From positions 1 through 12,609 of the forward strand of contig JANMQY010000039.1 in assembly GCA_031370785.1 (NCBI GenBank): a DNA stretch of 12,609 bases, read 5' to 3'. The DNA comes from Candidatus Eiseniibacteriota bacterium (lineage in GTDB: Bacteria > Eisenbacteria > RBG-16-71-46). This document shows positions 1 to 6,773 of this stretch, piece after piece. The notes under the pieces are model-generated. The model saw only the letters and a list, made by a program, of their open reading frames with translations. It did no database searches and was not told where the DNA came from. Position numbers and translations under genes: made by a program. The first letter of the stretch is position 1. Every line of letters starts with the position of its first letter.

Positions 1-29
1 CCTGCACCTCCTGTGACGAGGATTCTCAT
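1..29 (-). CDS. N-terminus (partial, runs off the left edge) of an NAD-dependent epimerase/dehydratase (extended SDR); not in the ORF track
   Basis: Reverse complement of 29..1 reads ATG AGA ATC CTC GTC ACA GGA GGT GCA GG = MRILVTGGAG, the start of the TGGAGxxG Rossmann motif of NDP-sugar SDRs. SD-like GAGGGA at 40..35 lies 5 nt before the ATG. Confidence 0.85.
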
Positions 30-34
30 GAGCG

Positions 35-40
35 TCCCTC
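35..40 (-). promoter_or_regulatory. Shine-Dalgarno site for the SDR gene starting at 29
   Basis: Minus strand reads GAGGGA-CGCTC-ATG. Confidence 0.7.
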
Positions 41-128
41 GAATGAATTCGCGTGGGGCTTCCCGGACATCCCACGCCAGCGGAATTGCGCCCGAACCCT
101 GACGGCGGGCCGGGCGTACTGGGCGCAC

Positions 129-157
129 AAGGTAAGAACCATCTTGGCGCAAGTCAA
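129..157 (-). promoter_or_regulatory. Putative sigma70-type promoter for the downstream SDR gene
   Basis: Minus strand: TTGACT (157..152), 17-nt spacer, TACCTT (134..129; TAnnnT pattern), inside the 295-bp intergenic gap. Confidence 0.65.
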
Positions 158-324
158 CGTGATAATGGGATCGAGCAAGAGCTTGGATGCGCCTCAGTGT
201 GGAGGACTGGCCCGGTGCGAGGTCAGAAGCGCTACGGGTGAGGGGCTCGGGAGCCGCACTGTACTACATCCCCGGGTCCCGATGGGTTCACACTTTCCAT
301 TTTCGGCCCTACTACTGGCCCGCT

Positions 325-1920
325 TTAGGGCGTTTTTGCGACCCAGTGCACCACGGTGACACGGTACTCATCGCCTTGCAGGCGCAGGGCCTGCCGCTTG
401 AGCGTGCGATAGATCGGATCGAAGCGCAGGAATCCCGTGCTGTCGCGCGGGGTCCAGTCTCCGACAAGTGCGCTACGGATTGCCGCTGCGGGACGCACCC
501 GCGCGCTTCCGTCGCGCGAGAGGCGCACCCAGAGGATATCGGTCGGATGGACGGCAAGGGCGCGCACGGTGGCCACGCTGTCCGCCGGATCCGTCACCGC
601 GCCGAGATATCCGCGCTTCTTGAGATACCAATTCGCACCAGTGTCGTCTTCGGCGAGCACGAGGGAGCCCGGAGTCGCATGCGATGCCACGAAAGCCGCG
701 GCCTCGCGTCCCGGAGTGCGATAGATCGGATTGAGCACGCGCTCTTCACCGCCTGGCACGCGAAACAACATCCACGCGAAGCAGATCCCGACGACTGCCG
801 CCGTATCGAGCCGTCTCGTTGGTCCGCGATGGGTCAACGCGACCGCGAACAACGCAGTCACGAACGGCAGCAGGAACAGTGCCCGCGCCGGCAATGAAAC
901 GAACGGCGTTCCCCGTGCGAGCACGACGACCATTCCCCACGCGACGAGCCCCGCAATGCCCGCCGGCACCAGCAGTGTCTCGCCGAGCTTCTCCCGCCAC
1001 GCGGAACGCAGCCCAGAGATCAGGAGCCACACGCCGCAGGCGAATGCGAGTGCTCCGGTGAGCGTCCATGGCATCAGCCGCTCGCTGGCGCACGCGGCCC
1101 ACAGCCCGTACGCCAGCGAACCTGCCATCGCGAGCGGCCCCGCCCCGATCGCGGGATTGAGCGAGTGCGCGGTGGCGAGCTGGACTCGGAACATTGGGAG
1201 CCACGGTACGAACAGCGCCAGCGTGATGCCCATGCACGCGAGCCAGGCGTGGAATTCGCCGCCCTCGCGCCGGCGGCTCCACGCCCATGCTCCGTGCCCC
1301 ACCAGAATCGCGGCCGCGATGTAGGAGGTGTAGAGCGTGAGCGTCGCGCTCAGCGCGTAAAGCGCCCATGAACGCGGCCGCCCGCGGGCGAGCATCAGCC
1401 GTGAGAACACGCCGTGCGCGGCCATCGCCATGAGCGCGGCGAACGAGTAGTAGCGGGCCATGCGTCCGTACAGCAGAAACTCGGGATGGAGCGCGAGCAG
1501 ACCCGATGCGATCAGCGCGCGCTTCGCGCCCAGCGCCGGGCGGAATGCCCAGAACGAAACCGCGAGCGTCGCCACGGTCGCGAGCGCGGCCAGCAGGCGC
1601 ACGCCCGCCTCGCTCTCGCCCACCCGTTTCACGACCTCGCCCTCGAGAAGGAAGAACAACGGTGGGTGCAGGTCGATGCCAAGCGCGCGGATCAGCTGCG
1701 GCGCGGCGAGCCGGGTCCAGCGCGCGGTGTAGATCTCGTCGGCCCACAGACCCGGATCGCCGAGGCGGACCAGCGTGAGCACGAGCCCCGCGACGAGCAG
1801 GAACGCGAGCATCGCGCGCGTCACCCACGGAGGCAGATCGTTCATGAGCGCATCGCCCGGCGCTCGATCGAGGGCACTCGATCGTTCGAGCGCATCGCCT
1901 GCCTCACCGCGCAGACTCAT
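325..1920 (-). CDS. GT-C superfamily integral membrane glycosyltransferase (ArnT/PMT-like; GT39/GT83-type)
   Basis: 531 aa with many hydrophobic segments. First-loop acidic motif GLWADEIYT, then DLHPPLFFLL, VRLLAA and YGRMARYYS, and a hydrophilic C-terminal domain. The ATG at 1920 overlaps the upstream stop (ATGA); an alternative start is at 1845 (MNDLPPW). Confidence 0.8.
   Translation of the reverse strand: MSLRGEAGDALERSSALDRAPGDALMNDLPPWVTRAMLAFLLVAGLVLTLVRLGDPGLWADEIYTARWTRLAAPQLIRALGIDLHPPLFFLLEGEVVKRVGESEAGVRLLAALATVATLAVSFWAFRPALGAKRALIASGLLALHPEFLLYGRMARYYSFAALMAMAAHGVFSRLMLARGRPRSWALYALSATLTLYTSYIAAAILVGHGAWAWSRRREGGEFHAWLACMGITLALFVPWLPMFRVQLATAHSLNPAIGAGPLAMAGSLAYGLWAACASERLMPWTLTGALAFACGVWLLISGLRSAWREKLGETLLVPAGIAGLVAWGMVVVLARGTPFVSLPARALFLLPFVTALFAVALTHRGPTRRLDTAAVVGICFAWMLFRVPGGEERVLNPIYRTPGREAAAFVASHATPGSLVLAEDDTGANWYLKKRGYLGAVTDPADSVATVRALAVHPTDILWVRLSRDGSARVRPAAAIRSALVGDWTPRDSTGFLRFDPIYRTLKRQALRLQGDEYRVTVVHWVAKTP
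1836..1899. repeat. Imperfect 20/22-bp direct repeat flanking an 8-bp stem-loop
   Basis: gatcgttc[at]gagcgcatcgcc at 1836..1857 versus gatcgttcgagcgcatcgcc at 1880..1899. Inverted repeat CGATCGAG (1865..1872)-ggca-CTCGATCG (1877..1884). Confidence 0.75.
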
Positions 1921-3050
1921 GCGTGCCCTCTCTTCCGGCCGAGCGCCATCTCGTAAGCGCGCTCGACCCCACGCATCATCGCTTCCACCGAGAGATGACT
2001 GTGCGCGCGCTGGCGGCCAGCGGCGCCCATTCGCGCACGCAGCGCGGCGTCCGCCAGCAGGCGGTTGAGCCCGGCGGCGAGAGCCTGCGAATCATTCGGC
2101 GGGACTACGAGCCCGGTCACCTCGTGTTGGTTCACGTACGAGGTTCCGGTGCCGAGCTCGGTGCACACCACCGGCACGCCGCACGCAAGCATCTCGACCA
2201 TCTCCATGCCGTAGGCCTCGCTCGGAAGGATCGATGGGAGCACGCCCACATCGGCAGCGGCGAGATGCGCGAGCAGCCAATTATCCGTGACATCACCGGC
2301 GAAATGGACTCGGTCGCCCAGCCCGAGGCGCGCATGCAGGGCATGGAGTGCGTCACGCTCCGGGCCATCGCCGACGATGACCAGACGGCCGTGCACGTGC
2401 GTCATGGACTCGAGCAGCACGTGCAGTCCCTTGTACGCGCGCAGCCGTCCGACAAAGAGCACGAGCGGGCCGCCGTAGCGCGCACGCAAAGCTGCCGCCG
2501 CGTCCTTCTGGCGATCGAGACCGGCGAAGCGCGAGAGATCAACGCCGAGCGGCACGACCATGCACTTGTCGCGGTGCGGGCGCAGAAATGCCGAGCGCTC
2601 GATGTTCTGATCCGCACTCGCCAGGATCACCCGGGCCCTCGCGAGGATCGCGCGGACCACCGGCCCGTAGACCGGAAGCAGCGCCTTCTGGCGTACGATG
2701 TCCGACTGATAGCTCACGACCAGCTCGCCGCGCGGACGCACCGTCAACCAGCTCACTTCGCCCGGCGGGCTCGGGAACTGCATGTGAAACAGGTCAGCCC
2801 TCAGGCGCGACAGGGCGAGCGGCATTCCCGGACAAAGCGGCGCGGACGCGAATCGCGCCCACTCCGCCATCCGCAGGACACGCACCCCGTCGATGATCTC
2901 GTCACGATCGTGGCGCTCGCCGTGCGCCGAAGTCAGCACGGTGACTTCGTGGCCGGCTCGCACCTGACGCGTTGCCATGCTCTCGACGAGCTGTTCGATC
3001 CCGCCGCGGGTCGGCGGGTGATAGTCCTTGTAGAGGTGAACGATCTTCAC
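1917..3050 (-). CDS. GT4 family glycosyltransferase (WbdC/WbpZ/WfcD-like; probable mannosyl- or D-rhamnosyltransferase)
   Basis: Start corrected to GTG at 3050 (GTGA overlap with the upstream stop at 3047..3049), giving 377 aa. N-terminus KIVHLYKDYHPPTRGGIEQ; FVGRLRAYKGL; EX7E motif PSEAYGMEMVE followed by ACGVPVV. Confidence 0.88.
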   Translation of the reverse strand: MKIVHLYKDYHPPTRGGIEQLVESMATRQVRAGHEVTVLTSAHGERHDRDEIIDGVRVLRMAEWARFASAPLCPGMPLALSRLRADLFHMQFPSPPGEVSWLTVRPRGELVVSYQSDIVRQKALLPVYGPVVRAILARARVILASADQNIERSAFLRPHRDKCMVVPLGVDLSRFAGLDRQKDAAAALRARYGGPLVLFVGRLRAYKGLHVLLESMTHVHGRLVIVGDGPERDALHALHARLGLGDRVHFAGDVTDNWLLAHLAAADVGVLPSILPSEAYGMEMVEMLACGVPVVCTELGTGTSYVNQHEVTGLVVPPNDSQALAAGLNRLLADAALRARMGAAGRQRAHSHLSVEAMMRGVERAYEMALGRKRGHA

Positions 3051-4150
3051 CGGGCACCCCCGGTGCGCCTCAGCACCTCCAGAGTGCCTGCCGCGGTGCT
3101 TGAGTAGTCGAGCGTCAGCGCTCGTGCCTTGCCCGCCGCACTCATGCGCGCCCGCGCCGCTTCGTCGCTCGCGAGAGCGCGCACCTCGTCCGCCCAGTGA
3201 CCCGCCTCCAGCGGCGGCACGAAGCGCGCCACGCCATCGCCGATCTCGTGCAACGGCGGGATGTCGGACACCAGCGCCGGAGTGCCGCACGCCATCGCCT
3301 CGGCGAGCGGGAAACCGAAGCCTTCGTAGAGCGAAGGGAACAGCGTGAGCGTGGCGTTACGGTAGAGCCAGTGCAGCTCGTCCTCCGCGACATGGCCCAG
3401 AGCGCGAACCGCCTTCGCTCCCGCCGCGGCGGCCAGCGCCGCGACCCCGGGATAGCGCGGGTCTTCAGGGCCGGCCGTCACGAGCATCAATGGAGGGCGC
3501 CCGCCGAGCTGTCGCCATGCTTCGACCAGCGTCGCGAGATTCTTGTGTGGTTTGTTGATGCCCACCGCGAGCGCAAAGCGCCCCTCCGGCAGCGCCGCGG
3601 GGCGGCGAGGCACGGTGCGCGTGAGCGTGGGTGGCACGCCGAGGCGCACGACATGCACGCGCGCCGGATCGAGACCGCCGCGCGTCAGGATCTCCGAGCG
3701 GCTGAACTCGCTGCTCGTGATCACGGTCTGCGCGGACCGCGCACGCCGCACCCAGGAGGACAACAGCAGACGGCGGTGTATCGGAACGTCACGAGGGCGC
3801 GCCAACGGCAGCAGATCGTGCACGGTGAGCACCACCGGGCAGCCCGGCCGGACCGGCATTGCGGAGAACGGGCTGAAGTAGACATCCGGCCGAAGCGCGC
3901 GCAACTCTGCACCAATCCGCAAAGGCGCGAGCAGTCCGACGGCCGAGCTCGATCGCTCTTCCCACCGCACGCGCGAGTGGCGCCTGATCTGCGCGAGGTC
4001 GAAGCGCGTATTGCGCAACGCGGGATTCCAGATCACGTCGTAGCGCTCGTCCCCAGGTCGATCGAGCAGCGCCTCGAGGAGGCAGAAGGCGTGCGTGCCG
4101 ATTCCCGGAAAGTGATCTGCGGCGTAGCGCAGATCGTACGCGATCCTCAT
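3047..4150 (-). CDS. GT4 family glycosyltransferase (MtfB/WbdB/WbpY-like)
   Basis: Start corrected to ATG at 4150 (ATGA overlap with the upstream stop), giving 367 aa. MRIAYDLRY..PGIG, VLTVHDL, VGINKPHKN, and EX7E motif FPSLYEGFGFPLAEAMACGTP. Confidence 0.9.
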   Translation of the reverse strand: MRIAYDLRYAADHFPGIGTHAFCLLEALLDRPGDERYDVIWNPALRNTRFDLAQIRRHSRVRWEERSSSAVGLLAPLRIGAELRALRPDVYFSPFSAMPVRPGCPVVLTVHDLLPLARPRDVPIHRRLLLSSWVRRARSAQTVITSSEFSRSEILTRGGLDPARVHVVRLGVPPTLTRTVPRRPAALPEGRFALAVGINKPHKNLATLVEAWRQLGGRPPLMLVTAGPEDPRYPGVAALAAAAGAKAVRALGHVAEDELHWLYRNATLTLFPSLYEGFGFPLAEAMACGTPALVSDIPPLHEIGDGVARFVPPLEAGHWADEVRALASDEAARARMSAAGKARALTLDYSSTAAGTLEVLRRTGGAR

Positions 4151-5646
4151 GCGCCGGCGGCAGTGACCGAGGCCCAGCGCTCGCGCTCCCACAGCCGCGC
4201 CGCGGCCAGTGCCAGGGCGGAGAACACGCACACGAACGTGCGCAGATAGTAGTCGTAGAAGATGTTCGCAACGTAGAGCGAGATCAACGCTGCGAACAGT
4301 CCGACCGTCCAGGCGTGTAGCTCGGGCGCTGCGCGGCGAAAGCGCGGATCGCGAAGCGCGCGCCACGGACGCCGCGCGATCGCGAACACCAGACTGAGGA
4401 AGAGCAGTCCTCCGAGCAGTCCGCTCTCCGCGAAATAGTTGATCACCGCGTTGTGAGAATTCATGTTCGGCGAGAATGTGTCCATCTCAGAGCCGTAATG
4501 GGCGCCGAAGTTGCCCAGCCCCACGCCGGTGATCGGGTATCGGGCGAGGAGCGAAAGCCCGTAGAAGAACACGTCTCGATGGATGCGGCTCGACAGGTCG
4601 CCGGTGTCGAAGCTCTGGCCAAGCCGGAGGAAGAGCAGAACCGGGTCGATCCCCACCGCATAGGACAGGGTCGCGATGACACCAAGCCCCGCGACGATCC
4701 CGATCCAGAAGCGTGCGGAGCGCAGGACGGATGGCAGGAACGCGAGCACGATGCACACCCCCACCAGCGTCGCCAGGAATCCGCTGCGCGACAGGGTGAG
4801 GAGCTGGCAGGCCGCCATCACGATCAGCGCCAGGTCCTCGAAACGCGCGCGCCTGCGACGGGCCGGATCCGATCGATGATGAAGTCGCAACGCCAGGGTC
4901 ACGCTGAACGCCGCGGCCAGGAAGCCTCCGAGGATATTCGGATCGTTGAAAAAGGAGTTCGCGCGATAGAACTTGCTCAACCGCAGATAGACCGGAGCGC
5001 CGATTCCGAGGTACATGTCCGGGTTGCTGTAACGCTCGAGGAAGCTGAGGCTGGTATCGAATCCCATCAGCGAGCCCACCATCTGCCAGATGCCGTAGGC
5101 CGCGACCACGAATGCCGCGCCCTCGAGCCAGGACAGCGCACGGCCAAGATCCGCTTTCGTGCGTACCGCGGTGAAGGCGAGATAGAAGGTGACCAGCGCG
5201 ACGCCGATCAGCACGGTCTTGGCGAAAACCCGATGGAGCGCGACCGCGTTGATGTAGGAGAAAGCTCCCGCGAGCACCAGCGCCGCGTACAGCAGCATGA
5301 TGCGCGGCTCCTCGACCCGGCGCCCGCCTTCCGCCCAGCGCAGCGCCCATACCAACGCCGCGATCGCGACCGGCACGTACTCCGGGAACACCGTGAAGAA
5401 GCCGGCGTAGTAGTTGATCTTCACGTTGCCCATCAGCGCCACGAGCAGCAGGATGATCGAGCTGGGCCGCAGCCACAGCAGCGCCCACAGCAGGACGAAG
5501 GCAGTGAGGACCGCGGTCTGCACCGGCGCGACGAGCGCGAGCGCCGCGACCGCGGCCGGAGCCAGCCACCACAACATACGGAAGCGGCGCGGATCGGTCA
5601 CCCATGGAGTCGCGAGATCGGCCCACGTCGTCCTGGGTGCGTTCAT
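4147..5646 (-). CDS. O-antigen ligase/polymerase family protein (Wzy_C domain; WaaL- or Wzy-like)
   Basis: 499-aa polytopic membrane protein with RANSFFNDPNILGG, LTLSRSG, SSRIH, YPITGVGLGNF and NSHNAVINYFAESGLLG motifs. GAGG lies upstream of the ATG at 5646. Confidence 0.85.
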   Translation of the reverse strand: MNAPRTTWADLATPWVTDPRRFRMLWWLAPAAVAALALVAPVQTAVLTAFVLLWALLWLRPSSIILLLVALMGNVKINYYAGFFTVFPEYVPVAIAALVWALRWAEGGRRVEEPRIMLLYAALVLAGAFSYINAVALHRVFAKTVLIGVALVTFYLAFTAVRTKADLGRALSWLEGAAFVVAAYGIWQMVGSLMGFDTSLSFLERYSNPDMYLGIGAPVYLRLSKFYRANSFFNDPNILGGFLAAAFSVTLALRLHHRSDPARRRRARFEDLALIVMAACQLLTLSRSGFLATLVGVCIVLAFLPSVLRSARFWIGIVAGLGVIATLSYAVGIDPVLLFLRLGQSFDTGDLSSRIHRDVFFYGLSLLARYPITGVGLGNFGAHYGSEMDTFSPNMNSHNAVINYFAESGLLGGLLFLSLVFAIARRPWRALRDPRFRRAAPELHAWTVGLFAALISLYVANIFYDYYLRTFVCVFSALALAAARLWERERWASVTAAGA

Positions 5647-5662
5647 GTGAACGACGCCTCGA

Positions 5663-6721
5663 TCAGCTCGGTCGGACGCCGCGCAACGCGTCGTCGCGTG
5701 CCCACGCCAGGGCGGCGCTGGCCGCGAGTGCGATCGCGAAGGTGCCGACCGCGATCAGTCCGCGCCGCGGCTGGCTCTTGTGGAGCGGCGGGACCGCACG
5801 ATCCACGATCTCGACGGTGGGAAGGTCCTTCAGCTCCATCACTCGTGCGCGCTCGAACTCTTCGGTGAGCACGAGGAGAATCTTCTCGTCCATCTTGACG
5901 TTGCGATACCTGCGGGCGAGCTCCGTGGTGGCGGGCGGGATCTTCATGATCTCGGCGTCGATCTGGCGGATCTCGTTGCGCAGCTCCTCGGATCGCGAGT
6001 TTGGACCGCGCGAGACGCTCTCGAGGGTGCCCAGCTCGACCTCGCGCGACACCTTCTGGCCGAGCAGGTCGCCGGCCGTGTCCGCCGAGCGCTCGATGTC
6101 GGAACCCACGACCGGAAGGCGCTTCTGCACCTGGTAGTCCCGCAGCACGTTCTCCGCGAGCACCAGGTCTTGGCGAGCCTCAGTCAGGCGGCGCTCGAGA
6201 AACTCGCGCCGTCGCCGCGCACTGGTGTTGGTGTTCTGCCGCAGGAACAGGTCGAGCTGGTCCGCATAGGCGTTCGCCAGATCGGCGGCAAGCCGCTTGT
6301 CCTTCTCGGTCACGGCGATGCGGATGAAACTCTCGCCAGTCAGAGTGAACGCGGTGTGCTCCGCGAGATTGCGAGCGGTCTTCTCGACATCCTTCTCGTC
6401 GTAGACGCGCATCAGGTCGAAGCGCCGGATGAGCGAATCGGCGACCGTCGCGCTGCGCAGCACGCCAATGTAGAGGTCGGAGCCCTTGGGGATATCGATC
6501 CCCAGCACGCTGGTGAGCGCCCCGCCGGGCATCCCGGGCATCAGCGCACTGAGATCTCCCTGATGTCCGGGGGGGAGCAGCACGGTGACGGCCGTGAAGC
6601 GATTTGGAATCAGGAAGCTGGCGCCGGTCACGACCACCGTGGCGACCACGGCATTGATCAGGATCGCGCGGTAGTGCGCACGCAATGAAGCCGGCAGCGT
6701 GGGGCGCGGGGTTTCACTCAT
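5663..6721 (-). CDS. Polysaccharide co-polymerase / chain-length determinant (Wzz/GumC-type with GNVR-like C-terminus), no kinase domain
   Basis: 352 aa. N-terminal TM followed by PNRFTAVTVLLPP, then AADLANAY, a long coiled-coil-like region, the proline-rich IVDRAVPPLHKSQPRR motif and a C-terminal TM. No Walker A/B motifs or Tyr cluster. Confidence 0.85.
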   Translation of the reverse strand: MSETPRPTLPASLRAHYRAILINAVVATVVVTGASFLIPNRFTAVTVLLPPGHQGDLSALMPGMPGGALTSVLGIDIPKGSDLYIGVLRSATVADSLIRRFDLMRVYDEKDVEKTARNLAEHTAFTLTGESFIRIAVTEKDKRLAADLANAYADQLDLFLRQNTNTSARRRREFLERRLTEARQDLVLAENVLRDYQVQKRLPVVGSDIERSADTAGDLLGQKVSREVELGTLESVSRGPNSRSEELRNEIRQIDAEIMKIPPATTELARRYRNVKMDEKILLVLTEEFERARVMELKDLPTVEIVDRAVPPLHKSQPRRGLIAVGTFAIALAASAALAWARDDALRGVRPS

Positions 6722-6728
6722 TCGCGCC

Positions 6729-6758
6729 AGCGTAAGCGAGGGGTCGGCGGCGGGTCAA
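6729..6758 (-). promoter_or_regulatory. Putative internal sigma70-type promoter giving a (near-)leaderless transcript of the wzz-like gene
   Basis: Minus strand: TTGACC (6758..6753), 18 nt, TACGCT (6734..6729), 7 nt (GGCGCGA), ATG at 6721. No SD upstream of this ATG. Confidence 0.55.
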
Positions 6759-6773
6759 TCGCGGGCGCGACAT

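Noticed and set aside
261..290. ECF-sigma-like TGAACC-N16-TGTA on the minus strand, and a plus-strand GATAAT at 161..166
   Set aside because: Single short degenerate matches. The plus-strand box has no -35 or extended -10 and no gene to drive.
158..324. Possible intrinsic terminator after the GT-C gene (for example the GGCTC/GAGCC inverted repeat at 244..255)
   Set aside because: The stems are short and no U-tract follows on the minus strand.
53..897. Plus-strand ORFs 53..241, 144..359 and 187..897 in or near the left intergenic gap
   Set aside because: No recognisable domains or convincing SDs. They run antisense to the GT-C gene or across the minus-strand promoter and leader.
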